From Chrysomallon squamiferum (Eukaryota; Animalia; Mollusca): 64,000 nt of DNA. A model generated the notes under the pieces. It did not search any database. It saw only the letters and a list, made by a program, of their open reading frames with translations, and was not told the origin of the DNA. The position numbers were made by a program, and so were the translations under genes. The stretch covers positions 3,100,001-3,164,000 of the forward strand of contig CM022672.1 in assembly GCA_012295275.1 (NCBI GenBank). Reading direction: 5' to 3'. Below are positions 27,086 through 41,000 of the stretch, one piece after another. How positions within the stretch are numbered: the stretch's first letter is position 1; each line of letters starts with the position of its first letter.

Positions 27086-29767
27086 TCTCCCTCCTTCTTT
27101 ATATCTCTCTCTTACTTTCTCTCTCTCTCTATCTCTGATTCCATTTCAACAAACTGACTGGCACTAAATAACCAGTAAGAAATGTAAACAAGAACACAGT
27201 TTGTGTTTTGTAATTGTCATATTATTACATACACTCTAACACATAATCACAGCTACATATATACGTGGTATTTCCCATGTGTGTAGCTAACACACACACA
27301 CACACACACACGTATATACATACAGAACCCATAACTCACAGTTTGTAACAGAAAAACAAAATTACCATTTGAAAACTAAAATGTCATCTCTAATCGTTGC
27401 CTACAAATACCATGTGTAACTCACGGATGCTGTTTTCTGTATTAAGTTAATAACAAATTGAGGTTTGTGTTTGTTTTACAATACAATTAAAGCAGTTCAG
27501 TTTATTTTTTCTCTTGTGTCTGTTAAACATTTGTTTACCCATGAATACATTTTTTTTTTTTTTTTTTTTTTAAATCTTATTCCAGACTGTGTATTATATT
27601 TAACTAACACATTTATTTAAATATTTATTATCATCCACTGGATATCAAATATCTGATATATCTATCATCAGCCAACAGGTATCAAATATCTAATGTTATG
27701 TGTAGTTTTGAGACGAATGTATAGCATTGTTCTGTTACACACACAGACAGACAGACAGATAGATAGATAGATATATGTTCATACAGGATGTCATGACCTT
27801 TGATAATCTGCTGTCGGTTTTGGTTAGGAGAGTGTATTTTTAAATATCTGTATGCTCATTATTACAACTAAGATAAAACTTTACTATTCAAAAATATACA
27901 TGTATACACATTCAAATGTATGTTTTGTAACTTTAGCAAAACAGGAAGGGACATGTTTTATATTACCTGTATGTTTCTTCAAAGACACAAAACACATTTA
28001 TGTTTCATTTAACAAAAAAGTGTGAAATTATATTTGAAATAGATACTTTCTGAGGATTTGAAATTATTTATTATATACATTCCGAGAATTCAAAAAATAA
28101 ATCACAAAATTCTGTGAATTCCAGTTTGATTTCATCACATCTCTGAAAAACAGGGCTTAATCATCAAATGTTGGGTTGTGTCTCATGTTGTCATTTTTTT
28201 TGTAAGAAAAATGTTTTAACATCAAAGCACTTCCATAAAAAAAAAAAACATTTAATTTACCAAATGGAAATCTACTCAGTAAGAGCAAAAATCTAAAACT
28301 GACATTTGTATTTTTTGTTTGTCAAATCTGCTACAGCAGAGGAAGTTGAAATGGACGTGTCAAGTCTAATTTGTGCCGATATCTGACTTTTCCTTACAGA
28401 ATGGAGAACAACCTAACAGAGAGATTTTTGACTTCATCCTTTCACTAGGCCAGTAAAAGTGATTGATGGACTGAAAATTGCCCAGATGTAGTGATATTAT
28501 CACTCCCAAGATGCAGTGTGTTTTAACATGTCAGATTCACATTTGAAGAAAACACACACCAGTCAAGACAAAGAATTAGTGCATGTCAGTTCCATAAAAT
28601 GAAGGGAAAAAAAAAAATATTAAAAAAAGATATTCTTTTTTAAAATGTTGGCTGTTTCTATGACAATGAATAAAATGTGTTAATAAAATTATGAAAAACA
28701 GACAGACCATTTTTAAATATTAATAATTTCTGTGACAATGAAAGCATGCATGTCAATGTGATAAATGAAAATGACAGGCCATTTTTAACTTTCAGCAGAT
28801 TCTGTGACACTGAGAACACACATATCAGTATGAAGAAAGAAAAATTAAAGACAAGCAATTTCAAAATTGCTAACACTTTCTACAACCAACAGTGAATGGA
28901 ACCAATTTCTAATACTCAGACCTGAGCAGTTTGAGGAGTAATTAATATCAATGTAATATCCAATTGTCTAACAGATCATTTTAAAATGTTAACATTTTCC
29001 CACTGAAATGAAAAATGAGGTTTTCATTGACCATAACATTTGTTAAGTTTTGAGAAGGAGAAATATTTCAAAAAAAAAGAAAAGAAAAAAAAAAGAACGT
29101 AAAAATCAAATGAAGAAGACACACAAACAGTTATTAGTTATAATGATTTATTTCATGCTGTGATTAAAATGTCAAACCACACTGTCTGGGGTTAGATAAC
29201 ACCTCATAAATCACAACCAGTTTTTGTAACATTAATGTTTTCCTCTTTTATTTAAAACAAATCCCTGAGTTTATGCTTCAGTGACTACGTTTATCTGTGG
29301 TAATTGGTAACAAAGGATCCACTGGGAGAAGTATTTTGAATGTGGACTGAATGTGACAGTGAGATACTTCTTGATATACTGGAGTGTGGTGACATCAAAA
29401 AGAGCTACATTTTGACATGGGATGATGAACAGGATGGGGACAAACTGGAAGAGAAAGTTCTTGTCCTGGGATGGGTTGGGTGAGGGGGACAGAGGGGGAG
29501 AGATGTTTTTGACAAGTGAAGATGGTGTTTTTATAAGTAGACACATCTTATTATTTATTCACACAGGAGAGATGATATTTGAGAGAAGATATTTCTTGAT
29601 ACAGGCTGGTGGGACAAGATGACATCAAGAAAGATACTTCTTGGCATGGGAAGATTGGGTTCGGTTGGGATGATGTACAGAAAAGTTACGTCTAGATGAT
29701 GGATAAGAGTCAGTGAAGTCGTTGAAGACTAACTGGGTTGTTAATTAAAAAGAGAAATGTTTCTTAC

Positions 29768-29901
29768 CTGACAGACAGGTGCAGCTGTAGCTGAGGGTGC
29801 CGTCGCTGATGCAGGTTCCCCCGTTCCGGCAGGGTGACGGGTGACACGGGATGTACCGCTCCTCACAGTGTCGGCCTGTGTACTCCTGTGGGCAGCGGCA
29901 T
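29768..29901 (-). CDS. Notch: Notch exon 6, end of EGF5 and EGF6 (CRCPQEYTGRHCEERYIPCHPSPCRNGGTCISDGTLSYSCTCLS-G)
   Basis: Acceptor ttatcttacag, donor GTAAGA, 134 nt, phase 2 to 1. Y-I-P-C-x-P-S-P-C is characteristic of Notch EGF6. Confidence 0.95.
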
Positions 29902-30291
29902 CTGTAAGATAAACAAAGACAGTGTGTTAAATAGATGTGTGAACAGAGCGTGTTATTTTATATACACACGACTGTGTGTGTGTGAGTATGTGTGTGTGTT
30001 CATGTGTGTGTATATAAATGTGTACACATCTATGTTTCACTCTTTCTGTTACTCCGTGTATGTATGTGTGTGTGTGTGTGTATATACATATATATATATA
30101 TACATACACATATATACACGTGTGTGTGCGTGTGTATATACATATATATATATATATACGTGTGTGTGTGTATAGATATATACATGATTGGATGTACTGA
30201 TAAAAAAAATATCTTCAAGTAACAAAACAGATTTTGTTTTCACTCATTAATTTCACATCTTAACAGAAAAGAAAGCAGAAAGTGAACCTAC

Positions 30292-30496
30292 TCGTAGGTG
30301 CCGTGTCTGTTGATGCACTCCCCCCCGTTCCTGCACAGCCTGGGGTTCTCCCTGCACTCGTTGACGTCCTCCCGGCAGGTGCGGCCCATGTAGCCCACCG
30401 GACACTCGCAGGTGAACCCACTCAGCGACGACGTGCACACGCCGTTGTTCCTGCACGGCATGGAGGCGCAGTGGTCAATGTACTCACACTGCCTGC
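30292..30496 (-). CDS. Notch: Notch exon 5, EGF4 and calcium-binding EGF5 (RQCEYIDHCASMPCRNNGVC...EDVNECRENPRLCRNGGECINRHGTY-E)
   Basis: Acceptor cttttcttccag, donor GTAGG, 205 nt, phase 1 to 2. Contains the DVNEC calcium-binding motif and the C-X-S-X-P-C O-glucose motif. Visible within ORF 30288..30647. Confidence 0.95.
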
Positions 30497-31234
30497 CTGG
30501 AAGAAAAGAGTAAACGAATGAAAGAATTGAGAAAATAAACAAACGAATGAATGAATGAATGAATGAATGAATGAAGAAAAGAAGGAAGGGGCAAATGAAT
30601 GAAATGAGGAAGATGAATATGTAAGAGAGGAAACCTGATTTTGCCATTCCATGTAATATTCATCAGTAAGGTCATCTCTGATTACTCAAGAGTATCTAGG
30701 TATTTTCTACCATTAACTTATTTCATTGAAACAAATAGTCGTTAAAGACTGAGTGCATGCATTTTTTAAAATATTTTCTTCTTTGTTCTATGTTTTTTCC
30801 TTTTATATTAAATAATTCTTTTGAATCAACAAACCATTATTTGACTTTGAATAATGCTTAACTAGTTATTATTTAAAACTGTTCTTTTTTGAAACAGTTA
30901 CTGAAATATTTTCCATACTTTTTTATATATAGACATTTGATAAATTCTGTATGTCATTTAGAAGAAGAAACACACACACATTACCAAAGAACAGTAACAG
31001 ACACCTCTGCAAAGATCTGACTGAACAACATCACTATAAATCCTATTCAAATGGATTCATATTGTACAATTATATTTTTTCTTCCTTTTCATCTGTTTTC
31101 ATCTAAGAAACTAGTGTAGAATGAATATTCCCAACTACATATTCATCCACAGTCACCTATATATATTTATATATTTACTAACCCAGTAACACATTTTCAT
31201 GAAATCACCATCACAAAAAAAGTCCCATTTATTG

Positions 31235-31352
31235 AAAATAACTCTCAATATTTCTGTGAATGCTTTAAGCATTTCTTGGATTCCCTGTTACTCAAAATAA
31301 CTCTCAATATTTCTGTGACTGCTTTAAGTATTTCTTGGATTCCCTGTTATTC
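31235..31352. repeat. Recent 59-bp tandem duplication (2 copies) in intron 4
   Basis: aaaataactctcaatatttctgtga.tgctttaag.atttcttggattccctgtta.tc at 31235 and 31294, with 3 mismatches. Confidence 0.95.
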
Positions 31353-31425
31353 AAAGAGACGTGACAGTTTGTACATATCATGAAGAGTTCTGGGGAGACA
31401 AAGGGTTAACAGACTTATGACTTAC

Positions 31426-31560
31426 CTCTGTACCCAGCCATACAGTTACAGATGTACAAGTTGAGAGTCTTTCCATTGTGACAGGTGCCTCCATGTAGAC
31501 ATGGGTTTCTGTAACAAGCACTGTTCTGGTCACGGAACTCACACAGGGTGCCATTGAATC
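31426..31560 (-). CDS. Notch: Notch exon 4, EGF3 (FNGTLCEFRDQNSACYRNPCLHGGTCHNGKTLNLYICNCMAGYR-G)
   Basis: Acceptor ttctctcag, donor GTAAGT, 135 nt, phase 1 to 1. Visible within ORF 31415..31663. Confidence 0.95.
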
Positions 31561-31927
31561 CTGAGAGAACAAACAGTGATAATGTGTATGTATACCTGAT
31601 CAAATCATAGCAATTTACTGCAGAAAAAAACTGTAGAGTCCACTCAGAGAGAAAAATAAACACCGCGAATTTATGAATTTTAATAAAATTATGAATCTTG
31701 CATAAAAGCTTGAGTACAGAAAATAAAGAAAAATTTTGAAATTATTGGAGATTAAATGTATTTTGTATTTTGTGTTATCAAATTCAGTGCTCTCCTAAAG
31801 CTTTATAAAAAAAATAATTTAACATTAATATTTATAGTTTTTTTTAATACAATACATAAAGAAAGACATGCAAACATATATACAGATAAAACAAGCATAA
31901 ATACACAATACTTTAGTAATAATAATA

Positions 31928-31969
<42 letters not shown>

Positions 31970-32129
31970 TATAATAATTTTAATTTAAAAAAACAATTAT
32001 AAATGTATTTTCATTTCAAAGAAAATACCTCTTTCATTAACAACAATAATACAAATTTGATTTTCAAATTTTAAAAACAGTTTGTATTTTCTTTACTGAA
32101 AACTATTCAGGGGAAATAACTCCACATAC

Positions 32130-32266
32130 CTATGGGACAGATACATTTTCCTTTTGGCCCTTCTTCAAAGTTAGACAGGATTATGCAGGTTCCATTGTTT
32201 TCACACAAATCTGCCCTGCAAGGGTTGGGATCCTGGCAGTACTCACCAATATAATCTTCTGTGCAA
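32130..32266 (-). CDS. Notch: Notch exon 3, end of EGF1 and EGF2 (CTEDYIGEYCQDPNPCRADLCENNGTCIILSNFEEGPKGKCICPI-G)
   Basis: Acceptor tgttttttag, donor GTATG, 137 nt, phase 2 to 1. CQDPNPC is the Notch EGF1/2 linker. Confidence 0.95.
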
Positions 32267-32404
32267 CTAAAAAACACAGAGAGAATAACATTTACAATTA
32301 AAAGAAGTACAGGTATCTGAAAACAATATATGCCAATTCAATCAAAACTTTGATTACGGTACGTTATAGAAGTTTCTAATGTGTGTCATGTGATAATCAG
32401 TGTT

Positions 32405-32445
32405 AATAACAATAATAATAATAATAAATAATAATAATAATAATA

Positions 32446-32490
<45 letters not shown>
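32405..32490. repeat. (AAT)n microsatellite
   Basis: Direct reading. Confidence 0.95.
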
Positions 32491-32491
<1 letters not shown>

Positions 32492-32674
32492 GTAGTGTAA
32501 AATGAATGAGTACTAATTATGAATAAAGAAAAATATACAAATAAATATATTACAAAAGAATGAATATTTAAAAATATATAAAATAGCTTAAAATTTTAAG
32601 AAGAAAGAAAGAAAAAATAATTTTAAAAATATAAAAATTTAAAATAAATCATTGTATAAAACCACATATTAGAT

Positions 32675-32719
<45 letters not shown>

Positions 32720-33105
32720 ATCTACTCACACATGAACATATATAATGCTACCTTCCACACTTCTGAAACAATAACCTCAACAAACAAGTATGTAAAACAA
32801 ATCAGCAATACTAAGCATCCGGTACAACATACAACAGGTGAATCAGACTTGTTTTCTACATAACATACACAGATAGACCAGTAGTATAAACCATCTACAT
32901 AGGATGAGGTAAACCAACATACTACACTGTACACAGCCAGGTGAATGAAAACACTGAGTTATCTAGTTACAAGCACATTCTGTTTCTATTCAACAGATGA
33001 TGTTTACAAAAGCATTAAGGTATGTTTGTTTTCATAAGCACAAATTATATATATATATCTATCTGGGGGGGGCATAAACACATATACATATACACATACA
33101 CACAT

Positions 33106-33142
<37 letters not shown>

Positions 33143-34624
33143 AGGAGATATATACATACACAGTGTATAATTTAGTTTAGGGAAATGGCTAAAGTTCATC
33201 AACAGACAGTAAAATATGAATGGAGGAACAAACAGAAGATTAAATAAAATGACTGAATATATATAAACAAGAAATATAAAAAAGTAATGAAAACTGGATT
33301 AATGAACAATTGGTGTGATATATGAATGATAAAGAATTGAAGAAAACAGTAAATTAATGGATAAGCAGAGGAACAACAAAAAAAGAATAAATTAATGAAT
33401 GAACAAAGAAATGAACAAAAGAAATGAATCGACTCTATGACCAAATAACTAATCAATGAGTGAACAAACAGATGGATGGATGTACAAATGGATAATAAAT
33501 AAATAAGTAAGTTATGAAACGCAGTGATGAAAGAATTTATATAATGAAACACACAGTGCACTAGTTACTGTAAATATTTATTTATAAAGCAATTTAATTT
33601 TTTTAAATTTTAATTTTACATCAACTTAACCAAAAATATTCCTATGACTCATATATTATAACAACAGTATTAACTCTGTCATTTAGTAACATCACTAACA
33701 ATATTCCAAAGCAACTACATTAATAATCAAAGGGAATCTGTATGTTACTGTCAGAGAGAAGCATTTGGCTTATAGTGTGGTGAGTACGGTAGCAGCATCT
33801 GAGAAATGCTATTCAGCAAAACCTGGAATCACAGCTGTAGTATAAAGACTAATCTCATTACTGCAAACATCAAGATTTTCTTTTTTTTCTTCTTTTTCAT
33901 TTTTTTTTTTTTTCTTTTTCTTCTTCTTCTTCTTCTTAAAGCCTTTCAAAAGAGATTAAAACAGCACCCTGCCTGACTGCCTGTCACTGAATTAATCTGG
34001 AGAAACTGGCACCAGTTACCATGGCAACCAGACTGGAGACATCTGACTGTGGTTAGAGAGTTTAAAAAGAGGAAACATGAAACTTGAACATGTGTCTTGT
34101 TTATTTGTCAAATTCCTGCCCTGAGCCCAAGTCCGTTTCACAATCTGGCAGCACCAGATGCAAGAAGACAGAAGTGAAAAAAAAATAAAAATAAAATAAA
34201 AAAAATTCTTTAAAAAAATTTAAAATTTTGTTATCACTTGTATTTTTTTTTTTTTTTTTTTTTTTACTTCTTTTTAAAACAGACAGAATAATAATAAAAA
34301 TGCAGAACAAAATGTTTCTATATTTTTCTTTCTTATTTTTTTTTTTTTTTTTTTTTATCTGAAAACATGGAAACAGTTAAAAAGGTGAGCGTATTTCACC
34401 TCCATTTCCAAACAATCTCATTTCAAAGAACAAAGGTGAGCTATCAGCAATTATCTATTAAAGAAATTCACATAAGCCAAAATAATTTTATCCCTACAAG
34501 TCATTTAATGGCAAGAGTGTTGAAAAGAATATTTAACTGTAACCCTTTTGTAGTCTATATATTGAAACTGTATCAAATAAATGTATTCAAGATATTTCAA
34601 CAACAAATAATACAAAGTCTGTAA

Positions 34625-35190
34625 CTTTAAATTTAACCAAACATCTCTTGAGTTTCAACTTAACAGCAACTGCTAGACATCTGAACAACAAATAAGGGGG
34701 CCATAACCACATGTTAAAGCTCTAAATTTCAAATCAATAAGGGACTGCAGACATCTAAACAATAAACATGGTTATAACTCCACTTTAACCAAACATCTAG
34801 AGTATTGATTCAATAATTGACTCTTATCATTCCAACAATAAATATTACTCAACCACATCCAGCAAACTATAAATTTCAGCTCCATAAAATGAGTGGACTG
34901 TGGTAATTTGAACAATTAGCATGATGGTCGTTATTGAACTTCATCCAAATGACTGTTATTTCTATAAGACACCAGACATTTCAACAATAAACATCCATAA
35001 TGGACATATGTCCACTTTAACCAAAGGCCTCTGAGTCTGAACTATGAGGAGACTGTAGATAACAAACAATAAATAAAAGAAACAGCCATAAGAGACTACA
35101 GCGTTAACCAAATGTTTCTATTTGAGGATTCAAAGGACTACAGGACCACAATAGCTGTATTAGAACTCCAACTTTAAGATCTGTAACTTT
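34625..35190. repeat. Old degenerate tandem repeat
   Basis: Recurring ccactttaaccaaa, gactg(c/t)agacatct and aacaataaacat motifs. Confidence 0.65.
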
Positions 35191-35868
35191 CTGCTTAAAT
35201 GATTTATATATATACAAAATCCTTTGCCCAGGCACATTGCAGACCAGACCAGGAAGACAATAACCCACATGCAGGCTGACACAGACAATTACAGCACCAT
35301 TCACCTTAATTGCCCTGCACTTGTCTCTGCTGATAGCAGACTCATTGTTACAGCCCCACCGATCATGACATATGGTCAAATTCCCCAGAGTAAAACTCAC
35401 AGCAAATTTTCCCATCATTTGTCTCAAACTGGAGATCAATAGATTAAGGAGAAGGGAATAAAAAAAAAAAAAAAAGAAGAGAAAGATAGCAGAGAAAATT
35501 TCCTTGTCATTCGAGTGTGGGTGGATAATTAGGCAAGCGACAGTCAATCAATTCCTGAGTGTAAGAGGTGTTTAAATGATGCATAATGTTAGGCAGATAT
35601 TCACACAATGAAATAATAATAATTTAAATATTGCAAGACGGAGGGGAAAAAAACCCACTCTGACAATGGGTGCACGTATTCACAGAATGAAATAGTAATT
35701 ATCATCGAGTCTGCTGTGACAATGCTTGTTTAAAAAAGAATATTTAAACAGTAAAATAACAATTATTTACATATTGTAAGACAGGAGAAGTGCGATAATG
35801 CACGCACGCTGTTTTAACTGACAAGCAAAGTAAATGAAGTGCAAATTACATTGAAGGATCACCTGAAG

Positions 35869-35910
<42 letters not shown>

Positions 35911-37626
35911 AAAAAAGAGAAAGAGAAAACGACAAAGAGAGACTGACCATGAAATATGCACTACATATGTTGTTTTAAAGTCATAATTCTGAAAATACAA
36001 TGTGTTTCATCTTTGAAACATAGAACTAAACCATGAGTTCAGTTTTCTAATAAAATGTTATATTGGAAATAAATCATCATAAAAAAAAAAAATAAAAAGC
36101 AAATATCAGAATAAATATTTTTATCATGAATGTATAATTTTCTTTGAAGCATGAAACAAGCAAGACCGTAAGCTATTTCTCTGACATAAACCTTTCCCTC
36201 GTCTCCAAATTAACTAAATAAATAAAATTAAGTTCTCTTGGAAAGCAGCCATCAAAATTTATTTAATAAACTACCATACCAGTAATAATAACAACAACAA
36301 CATAATTATGCTCAAATGAAACATTATTTTAAACATATTATTCATTATTTTATTATAATTTTCATAAAAAAAAAAAAAAAAAAAAACATATATCTATTTA
36401 AACATTTAAAAAAAAAAATTATTACAAAAATAAATACAAGGTTAGTTTTGAAACTTTCTTCTTTTTTTTTCTTTTTTTTTTTCATATTCTGCAGCAAATG
36501 ACATTACCAGATATTAGGTTTATAAGAGTGGGACATTTGTTTTTAAATCTATTAATAAGTAATACACTTGTGGCTATCAATCAGTCACAGTAACAACTGA
36601 AATGTGCCATTATGTCAAAGCCTGATGCCCTAAAGCAAGCAAATTGAAATAAAATAAAAAATTAATCTGTTCTTGCCAAGGGCAATGATAACAATACTCA
36701 TGTACCTAGCCAATCACAGCTCACCATTCTCGTATATTTGGCCAATCAGATTTGAGCTTTCAGTGATTAGAGAGGCAGGTGCAGATGGGGGCTATTCAAC
36801 CTGTATTCAACAGATATAAGGTCACATACCCCAGTTATTTCATCCCACCCAGGCCTGAACAAATAACTTTTACCACAAGCATTCAGTCTGAATTTAAATA
36901 AAAAAAGTGTTCCCTTCTTACAGAATTTTTTTTTTTTATTTTTGTGTGTTTATACAACACATTGTACTCAAAATATTAACCATATGTGTGTGTGTGTAAA
37001 TGATTTAAATTTAATTTGATGATTATTTACACACACACACACACACGCACACACAAATGCACGCAAATACACTGAAACTTTAAAAAGTTAACTGCACAGT
37101 CACAACATTTTTTTACTCATATAACTGAGTTAAACAGTGCAAACAGACTTATAAACACATCATTAAAAACTCCACTAAATGACAGTGTAATAACAGCCCT
37201 GCTGCACAAGCCAGGTCCAACATGTAAATACAACACAAAGTGTGCTAAGATAAAAAAAAAAACAGATCTGAAGATAAAGCAGAAAGTCTGTTTTCATGTC
37301 ACACAGGTTTGAATTTCATAAAACAGGTCATTAGCGCTAGTGATAGACATCTTCTTAAATAATAATGGTCCATTTTCTGTTTTGAATCCCCCCCCCCCTG
37401 AAAAAATAAATATTGTTATAGATTTTTAGCCATTGACAGTGAGAAAGGGATCTGGGTAGGTAATAGTTACACTGGGTTGGTTTTAAGACTGCCTCATTGC
37501 TGTTTAATAACAGGGACTCTCAGTTTCTGAGATGGGTAAAAAAAAGCCATCAGGTTATGGTATTGTATTTTAGTTGTTTTCAAATATAATTTTCTGGTTT
37601 CATTAAAAATGTCAATAACCAATTTT

Positions 37627-37771
<145 letters not shown>

Positions 37772-38033
37772 CGGCCTATATCTAAATAAACATATTTTCT
37801 TTTCATACCCAAAGCAGATGTACTCACTCTGACCTCTCTTTATGTTACATTTATTTTTGTATGTACCCTATCACATACAATAATTCATACATTTTCTTTG
37901 AGGTATATCATCTTTCTGTCACATATATTATGTCTGTTCCATATTAATACACAGTACCTCTTTATCTCATATTTCTCATGTAACAAACACTCTCTCTCAC
38001 ACACACACACACATATATAAATACCTCTCTGTA

Positions 38034-38077
<44 letters not shown>

Positions 38078-41000
38078 ACTTTCAAAATAATATACAATAT
38101 CTCTGTTTCACTCATGTAATATACATCCTATATTAATGAACTTCTTACTCAATCAGACACACACATGTACACATTATTTCTGTGATTATAACTCATGCAC
38201 AATTATATTATAATCATATACATACAAACCCACCTGTGTCTTTAAATACACACATTATATCTTACATTCTCATCACAAACATTCACACACACACACACAC
38301 ACACACAGAGATAGAAAAACACACTTAAACAACACAAAGGTGTAACACAACAAAATTCAAAAACAGAAAATACACCAACAAAAAAAAAAAAACACTCTCC
38401 TCTCTTTTTACCCATTGACAAAGTTAATAGTTAAGTTTTCGCCTATTTCTAATGCTACATAATTCTTGTTTATTCTGGTCCTGCTTGCAGCCAGTTTTCA
38501 CTTTGTTGCTGCAAACACAGTAAACCACTGCAAACACTCACTAAGAAGACTTAAAAGTGCCGGTACATGTTGTGGTGCCCTGAGGTGACCTTCCTGTAAT
38601 ACCTGCAATTTTTTGTTCTATCAGTGCTAAAGCCAGGCATTGAAGACTCTGAGGCTGTTCAGGCCTTTCTACTTCATCAAGCCAGCAACTCACCACAGCA
38701 AGAAAAAAAAAACTACTTCATCTTAGCAAAATGCCTCGTCACATCAAAACAGCCTCATGTAGCGAAAATGTTTAATTTTATCAGAAAACCTCCAAACACA
38801 TCAATGCCTCATTACACCAAATACCCATGTACAGCTAGATACCTGTGTATTAAATGGTTCTATATGGAAAAATGTTTCTTTTTTAGCGTAATTCTTCAAT
38901 GTTGCTCAGTCACATTAAAGCCTTACTGTAGTAAAATGCCTTCATATACATAAATAGTTTCACTGTATCAAAATTTTATGTAGCTAAATGCCTCAGCACA
39001 TCTAGACTTTGAAATGACATTTAAATGCCTATGTGTATCTAAATAGCTAATGCTATGGATAGTAAAATGTGTATATAGAAAGGTAAATGCTTCAGTTTTA
39101 CTGATCAGTAATGAACAGAAAACACAGACAAAAGGAAAACATGCATAAGAAAAAAAAATGATTATAATATGTAAATAAAGTGAGCCTGTGTGATACATGT
39201 GTACAGTGTATTATTGAAATATATAACATGAGCCTGTGCTATATTATTATGGTGTAATATTAATGTCACAAGCTTGTATAATGAATGTGTGTGGTACATT
39301 ATTAAAATATATAACACCAGCCTGTATGATATGTGTGTGAAGTATATCATTAAGCTGACTGAATATGAATATTTTTTCATAACTTTATTTATTACCATAT
39401 TATTATTTTTTATTATTTTTATTTATTTTTTTATTTAATAGTGTTTTTCAGTCCAATTTTCTGGCTGTCAGCCAGCACATATGCTTCCACAAAATAACAG
39501 TTAATAAAAAATAAATATTTTTGTGAAAGTGAAAAGAATGAAGAATACATATATACATATTTTTAAATAATATATTGCATATTTTATATATATGTAAAAT
39601 ATGGAATGTATGAACACACACACATAGACACACACAAAAAGACAGAAAATAAGTTCTGTCCTTTATCATCCATGATAAAAAAAAAAAAAAAATTATTATA
39701 AATGTTTTTCTGTTCTCTGTGTGTTTGTGTCTGTGTGTTGTGAATACATGTAGTTCGACAGACAGGGAGACAGAGATAAACACACAAATGCACACACATC
39801 ATTTTATCTATTTCAAATATTTTTTTATGAGTTGCAGTTCTGAAGAAGATGCAACTAAACTACATCTCAATTGCCTCTCAAGAAAAGTATGGCAGCTTAT
39901 CTCTTTGAAGTATGCCAACATTAATTCTTCATTTTTAATTTCTCTTCCAACTAGAACAACTTACGTTCAACCTTTAGCTTTGCAGTGCCATAAGCTTATC
40001 GCGGAGATGAGAAAAACAAAAAGGGATTTTGCACCGAGATGTCACCAGTGGAGAGGCTGCGTGCAGATACTGGTCCTCACATCTTCCTCCGTTATCACCC
40101 TCAGCCATTAAACATCCAGCTCCTGCACGCTTCTCCTGGCATGACAACCATCAGTTTAATCTCCATCGCTCAAGTACCTGGAAACCTCGGCTAGATAACC
40201 CCGTCATTAGTGAAGATGAAGCAAATCGTCATATAAAAGAACCAAGAGAATGCACCAGTCATGGAGAAGATTTCCAGAGGGTATAGCCTACTAGTCAATA
40301 TTTTACTCATACTGAGATCTAAAAGGTTTACCTATACAGATCTGGTGGGTGTACCAGTCATATAGTGATACAAAAGGGTACACTAGTCAGATAGAGATAT
40401 AGAGGATGCAAATTTACAGGGTAGATCAGTCATATCCAATAGATATAAATATACCTGTCTTCTCCAGATTCAGCATTGCAGTCGGATCAAAGGACATCAC
40501 TACTAGATTCAGATACATACACCCGTTCCATCTTGAAGTTATAATGAAGTTTATTTCCTCTTGAACATTATGTCCATTGCACTGATGATGAATACTTCTA
40601 TTTGTCACTGTTCAGTGCTGTTTTGAAGCATTTGTTGTTGTTTCTTTATAATGAAGTTCATTTCACCATACAAAAATTACACTAATTTTTATAATTTTAA
40701 TACCTGAATATAACTAATCAATTTTTTTTTTTTTTAAATAACCTTTTTAAAGTTCTAGTAATTTTATTTCTATACTAGGCTGGAGTAATACAAAAATTCA
40801 CTGTTTAAATCTACTGGCCATTCAATTCAATTCTGTGTTTTTGTGTTGTTATTTGTTTTCTTTGACTTCTTATTATTATTATTTCCTTCTATTTTCAAAC
40901 TACCAACAGATCTTCCTCACCATTACCATTATTATTACTATCACAACCGATACTATTAAAACAACTATTATTACTTTTCCTATAACTGTTATTAATATAA

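Noticed and set aside
30489-30498. Tandem acceptors CAG-GCAG-GCAG at exon 5
   Set aside because: The 4-nt offsets break the frame; only the first AG gives the EGF sequence.
39719-40286. Plus-strand ORFs (130 and 85 aa) as a nested gene; likewise 35104..35547, 58599..58842 and 60314..60811
   Set aside because: No recognisable domain, no consistent splice structure, and mostly non-ATG starts.
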